From the NCBI GenBank assembly GCA_964057225.1, contig OZ059898.1:16182001-16246000 (forward strand): a stretch of DNA of 64,000 nt. Reading direction: 5' to 3'. Below the pieces are notes generated by a model. That model had not been told where the DNA came from. It was given only the letters and a program-made list of their open reading frames with translations, and searched no databases. This document shows positions 12,701-26,653 of this stretch, in pieces. The number at the start of each line of letters is the position of its first letter. Within the stretch, counting starts at the first letter, position 1. The DNA is from Auanema rhodensis (lineage: Eukaryota > Animalia > Nematoda). The position numbers were made by a program, and so were the translations under genes.

Positions 12701-13649
12701 CCCTTTCTTCGTATTAAACTGACCTAAAAGCGAATCAGAATTCAGTCGACCTATATCTGAAATAAACTTTCAAAATTTCCAGTAAGGCCCAAAGCTCAAC
12801 ATTAAAAAAAACGGATTTATTGATCATATCCTTGAGTCGTCTTTTCATTTGTCGTTTCTGCAACATTTCTCACTTGCCATAGTTAAGTTTCGTCTTTTTT
12901 AAGAGTTCCCCTTTTCTCTTTTTCTCTATTTCTCTCTCTTTTTCTTTTCCTTTGATTTTCTAATGTCTCTATTCTTTTACTTTACTCTACTCATTTTCTA
13001 AGAAAGTGACGAGTATCAGATGACTTGAAAACATAACTCCTTTAGTTGCTTCTGCTAAAATCTGTGTGGTCATATCTAATACAATCTTATGCCATATATA
13101 TAGTTAAAGAATATCCAGTTGTATATCCATATCTTAATAAATATCTTAATAAAAATTTTGAAGAAAAAGAAAACTTTTTTTTATATCTATGGTCTCTGAA
13201 TTAGAATTTTTTTCTTTTCTTTCCAATATATGCGTAAGATATTTTCTCTTCATATCATTTTTTGCATTCTTTCTCTTTTCATCCATCATCTCTCATCATC
13301 CTCCTTTTATATCTCCCCCTTTGGCTTCTTCCTCTTCTTAGTGTTCCACACACATCGTCATCATAATCATCATCACTTTATTTCATTAAAGCTCCAAGCT
13401 GAAAACTTATTCTGATTGCATCTGTTTCATCTAAATTTCCTTTACAATGTTTCCATCAATGTGAGCATTTCAATCAGACTACTTTCTAATTTGTTTTTCC
13501 ACTCTATAATTTCGAATATTTTTTGAAATAAAATTTTCGATTTCAACAATTGTCACCATTTCTTCATCATGCCTATATACATACATACACACACATATAT
13601 ACATATATATGTATGTAGTTGTACTTTTTTAAACTTAAATAATTTATAT

Positions 13650-14443
13650 TCTTAGACAAATATATATTTCTTCTATATTCCAGGTAGATTTTTGATTTTT
13701 GGTCATAAATTTATCTATTGGTACAATAGGTGAAGAACAATATTTAAAAATTTAAAATAACCTTTTTCTCTTTTTTCTGTTCAGAATAATTTTTAGAGTC
13801 ATTTGCTCATGATATCACGTCGAGGAATATATTCCTTCTCCAATTTCTTGACAATTTCTTCTAGACGATCGCAAGAAACTCAAGTTTTGCTTGAGAAATA
13901 TCTTTTGTTTGTTCAATATTCCAATATTGGTCACTTTTTCATTTTTCACTCACTCATAAACTTTTTTTCTTTTTTTTCTTCTTTCTTTTCTTAACTCCGA
14001 AATTTCTTTGTCTGACCTCCTCTATAGTTCACTAACTAAATTTTCTAATTTCTTTCGATAATTCCGAGAAAAATTCCATTTTTCTTTCTTTTCGTTCTTT
14101 TTCTATTCCATCTTCCACGTTTCTCAATTTTCTTAATTGAATACCCTTCAAACTAATTTTGTCTAATCCTTCTCTCAACTTCCTCATCACCTTTAGGGAA
14201 CCTATTCAAATTTACAGTGGTTCGCACATTTGCCTAATTGCTTTTCTTCAGTTTTCTTTGAACTAAATCATAACAATTATTCTGCAAAATGTGAAATATC
14301 TCTAAAAAACGTCAAATAATTTTGAATATTTTTAAGGTACTTGAAGCATGATTTATAAATCGTGAGACATATTCAGAAGCTTTTCCACCTAATTGGACAG
14401 CTACACAGGTTGCCCACCAGTAACGCTGTCAACTTCTCCATAT
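13650..14443 (-). pseudogene. Possible decayed multi-exon gene with K/E-rich coiled-coil-like fragments
   Basis: Short GT-AG intron-like segments (e.g. ~14282-14340) flank purine-rich pieces such as LRKLRNVEDGIEKERKERK and RLEEIVKKLEKEYIPRRDIMSK, interrupted by stops and frameshifts. Confidence 0.25.
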
Positions 14444-17400
14444 CTGAAATATAAAATATAGTTGTCAGTTAGATACTAAATAAAACTTTTAAGCTTCCAA
14501 GCTATGAATATGCTCATTCTTTTGATTAAAATAAAATAACTTTAAGAAATATTTTTGTGTTAGAAAAATAAGGAAAAGAGTGCTCACATCCTTTCTTACA
14601 CAGCATTCCACAAGTTTTACACTAATTATTCATCTTTTCTTTTGAAAGAATGTTCAACAATCCATACTCTCCTCATTTTTAATGTAAAAAATAGAAAAAA
14701 ATGTACTTTTGTACATATAAATATCAGTTTCGTTTACTGCTTTATGGATGAAAAGGTTTCATCGTTCAATTGGCTGCTTCAACTCAAAAATGTTCAAAGA
14801 TATTTTCCAAAAGAACGAATTAAGAACGGAAGTTTTAACACAGATCAACTATTTTTCCTATATGTCATATTTACTTCTTCGCACTTTTATTTCGAAAAAG
14901 TGAAAATATGAATGTTTTTTTTAAATGGATAAACCCGAAAACGTACCGTTTCGAAACATTTATTTTGAATGTTGTTGCAAGAAAGAAAGTCATTTTTAGC
15001 AAATGGGGTTTTTCTAAATATTTCTTTGTCAAATTAAAACAAAATTATAAGTTGCATTACGTGCTCGTAATGAAACATTTTTTTTTCAGAAACACAAAAG
15101 AAAAACATTTTTTCCATCAACTAGAAACACCATCACATCCGAGTTGTGTCAGACAACTATCTATGCCTCAACTAGTTTTCTTAGTTTTCTTTTTCGACTT
15201 TGAACTCGAAGCATAGTAGCTGCATAGAGACTTCGAAAAGCAACTGCCAATTATGGAAGTATGTGAGCCACAAAGCTATTTTCTTTATTCTTCTTATTGT
15301 AAACTTCAAGGTTTTATCGAAAGAGAATCGCAGGACAACTTAGAATCTTTGAGCAACTTCTCTTGTTATTGCGCTTAAAGTCTCCTTATATAATAAAAAA
15401 GAGGATATATATGTGCATAGCAAGAGCGTGAATACGAAGAGAAAAAAGAAAAAGAAGAAAAGAAGAGAGAATGAGTGGGCACACTATAGAGTAGAACATG
15501 AAGCAGAAGCATGTAACGAAAGCCGATAGATATGAGGGAGGAAGACAATTCTACCAGACAACCTAAACTTGAACTGCATGAGCATAAAGCCCATTATTAT
15601 GATTATCTTCTGGTCTGCACGTGTCGTTCTTTCTTTGAATTCAAATTTTTTTATTAAATTTTCTTTGATTTCAATCAGTGAGTAAACCTTGTCTACCATA
15701 TTATATTACATATATATATATATATATATATATCTTGTCTCTATATAGATAGATAGATATATGATGTCAGTAGACTAGATAAACTGCCTTATATTATGGA
15801 AAAGAAGAAATTTTTTTAGAAATTCATTAAGCTTCCATAGTTTACACATAAAGAAATTCGTATACCCAAAGGGCATTCTGATCTTATATCATGATCATTC
15901 TCATTTCTGATTTAGCTTGAACTTATTCATATACATACACATCTAGATTCATATGTTTTGATTTTTTTTAAATTTGAATCCCTAAATTGTTTCTTTTCTT
16001 TTCAAACTTTTCACCACTTTCTTATTGAATTTTTTTGAGTTAAACTCATTTCTGACAACTTCAAATATTTGTTTGATATAACACCATTATTCTACAGCTG
16101 TAATGTTTTTTTTTTTCGAGGAAAAACAACTGGTTAACATTGGAATTTTTAATTTAAATACAATACAAAGTCATTATTCTACTAAATTGGTTTTAAAACA
16201 ACCATATATATAAATATATATATATATATATCATACAAAACTATTCTAACAAAAAAATTAGTATATAACTTGTAAAACTCTTTCATATGAGTACGTTAAA
16301 CTAAAGTTTTTAGCATTTTTTTTGTTTAAGTTTAAAAAATTTTTCCACTTTCAATCTACCTTGAAATTTCGTCAAGTACATGTTTTATTCATTAGTCTCG
16401 TTGCCCCCCCACCCCATCGGAACAAAACTATTTAAGAATCCTTTATGCTTCCTGTCAGTAAAATCAATTTTTCATTTCATATCTAAGATTACTGGTTCAA
16501 ACACCATCATGTTCAAATAGTTAAAATGAATGTTTAAAACTTATTTATTCCTATACTCCTTGGTAGAGACAATAATCTTTTTCTTAAATTTAATTAATTT
16601 ATAATATAAATTTTCTTTTTTTTATAATTTGTATATATTTTATATTTTATTTTGATAATGTTGACCTTCATCTTAGATAAATACAATGTTCCAAAAGGTC
16701 AAATGAATTGTTTCTCAATTGTTTTTTCAAGTTTTTAGTTAATGCTCCAAAAAAATACTTTAAAAACAGGAGAAATAGAGTAAATAGAGTGTTTTTTTAT
16801 TTAGTATAGTTATTCCTCTAAAAAATTAGATGAATCTTAATCTAAATTATGCATTGCTATATTTCGAGTGAGAAATCCATTTACCTATTAGTTTCAGTTT
16901 TTAAAATAAATTAAATTATGAAATATTATAAAATCTCCAATGAATGCAACCGATTTATGTGAACATGGATGAAAGAATGAAAATACGTGAACTTTCACGT
17001 TTCCACTTCACGCTTTCATATCAATTCTTCACGTATCTTTGCATTTAATTGACCTGTGTTTGCTTAACTGAATATATAAATTTTCAAATTTATTTCTATT
17101 TAGAAAGAAATAAAAGAAGTAATGATTTCAATGAATTGTGAGGGTGTTGCGAGATATAAGAATGAATACAACAAAAGGAAGAAATTCCAACTCTTTACTG
17201 GCTTAATCAAAATCAAAAGAAAAAGAGTTAATGATGAGCAAGAGAGTTGGGAAATAGGAAAAATCATTAATTCAAATGAATTTTCTACTATTCACCTCTT
17301 TTCACTGCTTATTACTTTTCTTGTTTTTTTTTCATCTTAATGCTAAATCAACTTGAAGCTTAAAAAAAGAAACGAATAGACAACGACAGACAAGAAGTAA

Positions 17401-18866
17401 GAGGGAGCAACAGATTTGTGAAAGAAAAAAAAAAGGTTTAAATGTATGTTCAGATATATATCTATCTATATATATATATATATAGAAATAAGAAGATTAG
17501 AGTAATAAAAAATTGGAAAAGAGATGTGGAATCGCTGTTTCATTCTATTTCTTTAATTGATTTTAGAGAATGTTTCCTAATGAACCTCATCTTATCCTCC
17601 TAGCACGTTCAACATGCACTATACCAACGTCTTTTGATGCTATTGATATTGCTTTTTCGTCCTTTTCGTCATTGTCTTTGGCATACTCGTTTCATGTTTT
17701 GTGTACACAGATATGTTCCAGTTTAATTTTGAATTGAAATCATGAAACCTTATAATTGAATAACTTAGATTGTTATTTTATAAAGGTGCAACACATATTC
17801 CTTTCGGTTCTTACCTTAATTCTTTCCAGAAAGTTTATAGTTCTGTTCGAATCTCTTCCAATTTCTTGAATACGTTCGGGTAAATCGCTCAAATATGACT
17901 GCTTGAGTATTTTTCTTTATTTTCACAACATGTATGTTATGTTATAACAATTCTTTCTTTTTCTCAACTGTACCACTTCAAATTAAAAAAAAAGACATTT
18001 TAATTTTAATTTTGCTTCAGAAATATTAGAAATCTCAAATGAAATAAGGAACAAATTAAAAAAGAGTTAACTTTTTCATAATTTCAAGATAAAAAAAGGC
18101 AAAAACATCCGACTTTTTACATGGCATGACAATATGACAGATTCATTTGCTTCCTTTTTCCTATACTATATACGTATTTCCTTCAATTTTTTCTTAACGT
18201 GAAAGATCATTTTCAGCTGTATAGTATGACATTGTATACGTGAAATAGCTATAACAGCGAAAAACAGTTTCAACTAGCATTTTCTTGTAAAAATAACAAA
18301 ATCTCAACAGAGAAAACAAGATATTTGATTTTTTCATCATAATACAACAAAGAAAATTGAAAATTATGTTTCGTCTTAGTTGTTTTATATTACAAACCTG
18401 ACCCTATGAGCACATCTTAGTGGTGGGAAAAGAAATCATGGTGTTAAGCATGTCAACATCTTTAAGAAATGTTCTATTATTTATATAATTTCTATAAAGT
18501 CTTATTCACTTTTTTTGTTTCTAAGTTTTTTCTTCAAATATTCTATGAAATTTTTATTAAATAACTCTTTCATTTTTCAAAATATCAATGTTGTTCTTTC
18601 AAATTATTAATAAATCCACCACCTTTTCCTATAAATTGAAATTAATTAAAACTAAAAAATATACTATGTATATGTATGTATATGTAACTATATTTACTTA
18701 TATACATACATATATGTATATTTACTTGTATTTATGCTTAAATCATATGTGAATACTTGAAGGGTAATAGGATAAATTTTCTCTTGAGTATATTCATACT
18801 CATCTGCTTCATTTCATATCTATGTACTACATATGTACATGTGTGTAGGATGAAATGAACATAGTA

Positions 18867-18902
<36 letters not shown>

Positions 18903-20738
18903 CATGTATATTCTTCAAGAATTTTGCAACAAAATTTGAACTAATGATTGTCTTTTGCCTTTATGTTTTCTTGAAAATTAAATGAGAATGAGCAAAAGAT
19001 TTTTGAAAAAGGAAACTGATATGTAAATTTAAATGATCAGTATAAATAATTTTTGAGCTTTTACTATATGATGCTATGAAGAATTATGAGTATTTCAATG
19101 TCCCTCAGTTCTCGATAAATATTTTAAGAGCCACATTTCAACATAAATATATATTTTTTTGCAACAAAATCATTCAGATAGATGTAATGCAAGGGTAATC
19201 TGATAAATTAATTTGCACAAAACACCTCTTCTGCATAAAATTCAACAACGTCTGTCTGACATTGTTTTGTTAGGTAAAACTGTTGAAACTTGCTACATGT
19301 TATACATGAATGAAATGCTCCGGTAAAGCAAGAAAAACGTTTTTTTTGCTTGCACGGCAAAAAACTTGTGTATTTGTGAGCTTATGTGAACATGTGTATG
19401 TGTATGGGTCGATGTATTGACTCTGTGTTTTCAAATTAGCTGGCCGTTTTCTTACATAATTCATGCCAGACATCCACACAGTAGGCTCTACGAAAATGGT
19501 TCATCTGTTCACAATAGATGATCAGATTTGGAAAATTTAGTTTGACGAACATTAAATCTTTCTCTTTATTATATAAATTATTAGAAAAAAATAAACAAAA
19601 AATCAAATTTGGGGCTAAGAAAGAAAGAAAGATGAGAATGATGGATAATACACACATATATACATATATATGAAAAAAATATATGAAATATATTTTGTTA
19701 TTTCATAATATAATTGTGTTAAATTGTTTATTTTCTTTTTTTTTTCTGCTCGGTATTCTTATAATTTCTTTTTTCTTTTATCGTTTAATTATATCTTTTT
19801 CTCTTTCTTGACATAAAATCAACTAATACATACTATCTATTTTTATCTATTTATAATAATATATATTTATATATTTTACATGTCCTTCTACATCAAGCTT
19901 TCTATATTATTTTTTCTTTTTCTCTTATATCATATTTTATATTTATATTTTATTTTTTTTTATTTTGAAAGTTCATATTACCTGGTAATTTAAGATTTAA
20001 TCACTTGAAACACCAGTTCTATTCAATTTTCCTATATCGTACTTTTCCTGCGAATTTTTTGCCGTTTCGTCTTCAAGTGTCTAAATTTGTCTCATAATCC
20101 AATGGATATGAACTTCATCAACTACAGAGACTAGCGGTTTTCAATTCAATGTTCATATTACACTCTGAAAAAATATTTTTATATGAATCCATCCTGTTCG
20201 GCACAAATATACTATTTGTTGACTTACTAACTATAGCATACATAAAGATTTTTTTTTCTCTTTTTTTTCTCGAAAAATGTTAAACATGTTTCTTAAATCA
20301 GAAACTATTTCAATATCTATTTTATACTTTATTTTATTTTATGTTGTCACACTTGAATAGTATGAAGTACAAATGTTTGACATACATTTCTTATGAAGTA
20401 AGCAGATTTCAAACTTAAATATTCAAATTTAATTTTGTACCTGAGTTTTTCTTGTATTTTTCAAATAAAACTATTTTATATATCCAATTAATTACATCCG
20501 TTTTCATTGTTTTTTCCCTGTTTTTACACTTTTTTTTGTGTATTTTAATTTTTACCATTCATTTGGTATTTAAATTTGCGCTAACAATCGTATAACTAAT
20601 GTTGTATCTTTCATATCACTCATGTTTTCTTTTCTATTCACATATGCTTCTCAGAATCTTCTTCATTTCTTAGTTCGTTTGAGTATATATATCGTTTTAA
20701 ACTTTGTTTTAGTTATTATCATTCTTTATAGACCAGCC

Positions 20739-20797
20739 ATGGATGCCTTAAAAGGACTAGGACTTCCAGTTGGGGTTGGGAGAAAATTCGGGCAGCG
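20739..20797 (+). CDS. npr-4: Isolated coding exon MDALKGLGLPVGVGRKFGQ(R); probable distal first coding exon of npr-4
   Basis: Acceptor tttatag ending at 20731, ATG in gccATGG context, strong donor CG|gtaagt; phase 2 joins the exon starting at 36937 in frame (CG|G ATG TCA). Confidence 0.65.
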
Positions 20798-23700
20798 GTA
20801 AGTCAAACATTTTATTAAAATTTCAAGTTTTTTTTGAAATTCTTAGTAAAAAAAGTTTATATTTTTCAAAAATAATATTTATAAGAATCATTATTTTGGT
20901 TTGGAACAAATTTATCAAAAGAGCAAATCTATACATGTAAATGTATAATATAATAATTAATTCATGAAAATTGTAATAAAAATATAATAAATATTCATTT
21001 TTGGTATGTCAAAAAAGATATTTATAACTTTTCATAATAAGAGAATCAAAATCAAAATCTAAGTAATAAACTACTAAAGGAATTTAGAATAGATTTATAC
21101 CTTCACTTTCATAACTAAGTTCTATTTGAAATTATATTTGAATCGACTTCAAAGATCTACAATCGAAACATTTTCCGATAATATGGCCAAGAATAACAAA
21201 TTTGATACAATTGCAGAGTATCTAGAATCAAGATGAACAATTTTTTTTGGGAGCTTAGAGACTTGAAGAAATAGAATTCAGAAATAAGCCTAATTTAGTA
21301 TTTACTCATACATATTTGGGCGATAAATGATACAATTTCTCAATCATATCAATAAAATAAATCAAAAAATAAAAATAAAATATAGATAATGTTAACATAT
21401 TGATCTTATCTTTCTATTTCCACAACTTGTTGAAATTTTATTTAAAATGAAATTTATTGGATGATCGTTGTCCTTCATCGTCACATTTTCTTTCACTCGT
21501 CTTCGTTGAACCAAAAAAAAAACATTTTGTTCTTTTCTTCTCTTAAACATGATTTCAATTTTTTTTAATTAAAAAAGAACAAAATAATCGAATTTACTTT
21601 ATAATTTCCTATTATGGTTTGAGCTTGATTTCTTTGTAATAAAAGAGTTCTTCGAATAGTTAGCAGTGACTTTCCTTATTTAAATATTTCATTTCGAGTT
21701 TTCTTGGACTTTAAAGAATCATTTGATTTAAAGACACTGACGTCAAAAAAAAAAACATAATCAAGACTTTTTCTATGTTTAGAGCGTTTTTCAACATTTT
21801 CTCAGAATTTCGTTTATGTGAAATAAATGTATATGGATGTGTCTGGCACTTATCATATACTTAATTCCTATACATTTCCATTATTTCTTAGATTTATACA
21901 CATTAAGATACTGATGTCAATTTAATATCTAAAAGATATTTTTATCCTGATCCTCAACCTTATTTTCATATTATTTCATTTGTTTTACATCACATCTGTT
22001 TTCTTCTTTTCAGAATTTTCATTCCAAATTTTCTATTATTTTCTATATTATTTGATTATATTATACAAATTTTCGTTAAAATAATGTTGTTAACTATTTT
22101 TTTACCAAGAAGCTGATTGATATATCTTAACTAAATTGAGCTATGACCTTTTAAACAAACGCCCTTTTTTGTCCAAACGAAACGAACTATAAGGAAAATG
22201 ACTTCTTTTTCCACCCTCTATACTATTTTCATATTCTTAGATCTCTTACCCATTTTTGAAATTTTTTTCTCAAATAAGAGCATTTCTAAAAAACTTGATC
22301 CTATCAACCTGAGAAAATGACGTTACATTAGTCCTAATTTGACGTTTTATGTGCACTGGAGAAAAAGCATTTCCGATTCGTCAGCGCTTCGTGCGGTTGT
22401 TCTTGTCTCCCCTATCTTATTCCTTTTCTGCTCTTCGTTCTGTGCTCTGTGTGATAATTCTAGTTCTTCATCATGCTCTTTGTTTCTTAACAGAGATCTT
22501 TTCATGAAATTAGGTGCATTAAGAGGGTCATCAAAGGTTTCTAATTAGCTAAAATCCTTGGTTATTTCCTTGCAAATATGCGAATGTGTATCAGCTCTCT
22601 CCAATTTCAATTCTGCGGTTTATTCGAATTTTAGAGTACATTTCAATCATGAGCAACGTATTTGCAATCAACCAATTGTTATCAAAATGAAAAATATTCT
22701 TGTCGTCCTTCTCGTCATCATCATCATCATCATCGTTGTCTTCATGGCTAGATCTCATCACTCTCACATCATTTCATGATTTTTTCTAATTCAATTTCAT
22801 CTTTCTCTTAATATTAAAATTTTTTCAAATTTCGACCAAATAATGTGGATTTTCGGTAAAAAAAATTGAAGAAACATTGAACTTACATGCATAACTGGCT
22901 GATGCCCAAAATTATTTGTTACACGAATATTCTCAAAACAATTTCAAAGAAATGAAGTTGCTAAAACATTAATGGTTTTTCTCAACTTTTTTTTGAAAAA
23001 CAGCATCTTGTCGTCAAAAAATTAAATGGATATTTGATTGTTTTACATAATTTTTCATTAATTTCCGAAACCAAATTGCATTTAATTGTTGTTTTGTTAC
23101 AACTTACATAATTTGGCTTTTTTTTTCTTCAAAATGACATATAAAACAATTGTGACAAAAAAAAGGGAGGATGCAACATTGAGAAAAGTTTGTCTGTTTT
23201 TTGAATGATCTTCATCATCGAGATTTCTAAGAAAGTTTCCTTTATATCATCATCGACTTCATCCTCACAAAATGCAGATATCATCTTATGTGAATGAGAG
23301 TAAATCAGAAGAAATTCATCGAATATTCCACTTTATATCATCAAGATTCGTCCAAAAATCTTTATCAGAGTATCTTACTTCATTTATAATCTGAATATAC
23401 TACATATTTCATATTTCTGAAGACAAAGTTTCAAACTAGAAGATATCAACTTGATATCATTCTACTATCTATTTACGGTTATAGATCAGCATCAAATACT
23501 TTATTCGAAACTTAAACTATTTATTTTGCCGGATAACCACTCATATCTTGAACATATTAACCGTATTTCATATATTATTTGTGGAATTATAACAGATGAG
23601 TTTGGACGAATGGCTCAATCGGTAAGATAAATCGGTCGGTGCATTAAAAATGTAAATTCTGCAGAAAAAAAACCTTTTTTTATTTATTTTTTAAAACAAA

Positions 23701-26284
23701 ACAATCATAAATTGTTAATATGATGCATATTCTATCCGATTTTTGAAAGATTAATTTGTTTAATCGGTTGTATTACATTAGTTTTTCTTTCACAACCTTC
23801 AACTTCTAATGCTTAAGGCATACCATAATCCGCTTCAAAAATAATTTTATTTCATGGTTATATCAATAAAAAAATTTTTCAATTTAATTTGATATTAAAA
23901 GATAAAATCATACATCAATTTTCATTACTATTACTACATATACATGTATAAATTCTTTATTTCTTTCATTTAACAAAAAAAATTGTGTTCATAGAAAACA
24001 GTCAAACATTTTTCATTTAGTATAAAGTTAAATATTAATTTGTTTTTTTCTTTCTTTCCAAGTTTATAAATTTTAAGATATATAAATACTAAATTGTCTC
24101 CTTTTAATCATTTTTCAATGAATGAACCTTATAATTACTTCATTTTACTTCACTTTCAATAAATTAAAGATATATTAAGCTAATATTGATTGATATTTCT
24201 TTTCATAAGATTTGAAATACATAGTATTTAGATTACTCTTTTTCGCTTATTTCACTTCCGAATTTATGTTTTTCATTGGATTTGGATATTCCTTCTTTGC
24301 TTTTTATTTTTTTCATTTTGGTCTTTTGACCAACTATTATGTAAATCTTTTGATTTGCATTTTCGAAAAACTTGTTCATCTTACTGAATCTATCATACGT
24401 CAGTGTTTAAAGTTCAAAAAATCAATACAAGTTTAATTTTTTTTAGTTGAGAAATAAAGATTAATAAAGTAAAACTATTATTTAAGATAAGAACATTCAT
24501 TTTAAATAAATATTATGAAGTAAAAATGAATAATATTATATTGAAAAGGTCATATATACCTATATATATATGTATATATAGAATATTTTTCTCAAAGAAT
24601 TTCAAATATTATTCCGTTTATTTTCTTTCATTTCTAGAGAAAAATTTTAATTTAAAAAACTAATAAATTTGTATTAAATTACATGATGAATTTATAAAAA
24701 TTTAAGCATAAATAGCGTAAGTAAAAATTTTATATAATTCAATTTTCTTTTAATTTTAAAAAATTTATATTTTATAATAAATCTAATTTAAACGTTTAGT
24801 AAAAGCTTAAAATAGAATAATGATGTCGTGATTAGTATGATCCCTAAAATGATTTTTTTATGAAATTCTAAGTATCATAGGAGTAGTCCTAGGCTATTTC
24901 AACCGGAACAGAATTTCTAGTTGCGAATAGAAAATTCTTTGTTTCACGACTAAAAAGCTGACTGAAACAACTTTAAGATAAATTTGAAATTTTGAAAATT
25001 AGTTTTTGATTTCCAACATCTAACAGTATGAAATCATAATTCTGAGAATGTGATGCAAAAGTTGAATATTATTAAGAGCAATTTCTATTAGATTTTATAT
25101 TTCGAGTCTTTTTATGAATATTTAATTGCAACTAACAACAAATATATAACAATTCAATTTCATATGTATATACATATCAATTTGAAATATTCGTATACTT
25201 GTTCATTCAAAATTTACTTTTGAACTGCAATATATAAAGTACATATACTTCATTAATGATAGAAAAAGCTTGTGGTTATGCAAAACTTTCCCTCTTTTCA
25301 TCTTTCGAACTTTGATAAAAATAAAATTTCATTAATAGCAAAACAAAATCTATGTGTAAATAAAAAGCAAATTGTGTAGTTGAATATTGAAATTTTAATA
25401 AAAATAAAGAATTAAAACTGATGATCATGCTGAACTACATGTACTGAAAACTTAACCATTCCATGAGATCAATCAGCTCAGAGATTACTAAACTTTATTG
25501 CGAAAATCCAGTCTCATTTATCAATCTCCTTACTGATTCTTTATATTTAATCGAATAATCCAAGCATTTTGTTGTATTTCTAAAGTTTAATTTACATCAA
25601 ATGTTAAACTTATATACGTAAAAATATTTTATAAATTAAAATTATTATTACAAATTTCCAAATCATTTTAGTATAAATGTATGTTTCAAACAACTTCAAC
25701 TTATATAAAAGTTCTTAATTGTTTTCAATTTGTTTGGATGATTTGAACGGTTAAATATACGTTTCATTATTAGTTTTAGCTTTTCCATTAAAATTTATTA
25801 AAATATAAGATTCCCCAAATATTTTTTTCTAATAACACTTCAATTGAAAATACTTCATACGATACGCTGAGTATAATTTGAAATTTTCTTTTCACGTGAC
25901 ATTTCATAGTTTTAATTCGAAAAATTAATTATATGGAATAGTTATCAATAGCTTTCGAGTAATAGGCTATAGAGAAGTATACAAAAACACAAGTAATTGG
26001 AGAGAAATAGAGAAATAGTCGTTTTCTTCGCCGCCTTCTTCAGCTCCAGCTTTTGCTGCCTTTACTCTCACTTTTTTCTTTTTTTGCCACTTTTCATAAG
26101 ATAAAATGTATTTGAAATAAAAATAAATAAAAAAACCTCAATCACTTTGTTTAATCAAAGTTTTTTATTCAATATATTGATCTTATATGATCATATTTCT
26201 ATATTTATTTATTAATTTAATTTTTATTTCCCCCACTATGTATCCCAAAAAACTTAAAAAAAACAAATGAATGCAAAAGTTTTT

Positions 26285-26653
26285 ATACTCTGAAATAATT
26301 TTCCTGATCCTCTATCACTTTCTTTTTTTTCTTCTACCTTGCTTTCAAATTTGTAATTGCGTTTTTGAAAAATGTTTTATATTTGGAATCAAAGAAAAAT
26401 TTATAAAATTTTCAACTTACTGTATTGTTTTGAAGGTTTGACCCCTCAAACTATGCTCCATGGATTCAAAAAGATGAAAATCTGTTGGAGCTAGATCTAG
26501 AGAATAGGGAGGGAGCTTCGAAACTTTCCAACCTAACTCCAGAAGCGTCTCTTGTGCTTTTGCACAACAGTGTGGGCGCACGTTGTCATGCAACAACGCT
26601 ATGCTCCTATTTCTGAACTCCGCTTTGCCTTCAATGGCAAACACCATTCTCAA
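26285..26653 (-). mobile_element. Mariner (DD34D) transposase fragment, inactivated
   Basis: LLHDNVRPH...LLELGWKVSKLPPYSLDLAPTDFHLFESMEHSLRGQTF matches mariner HDNARPH...LGWEVLPHPPYSPDLAPSDYHLF; homology continues through a stop and frameshift as FFDSK..FFKNAITNLKAR*..KVIEDQENYF. Confidence 0.9.

Noticed and set aside
19981-20212. Minus-strand exon-like segment with good splice signals
   Set aside because: Stop codons in all three frames; cannot be supported as coding, and there is no evidence here for a non-coding transcript.
23603-23645. tRNA-like A-box TGGCTCAATCGGTAAG
   Set aside because: No B-box/T-arm or acceptor stem follows; at most a tRNA/SINE scrap.
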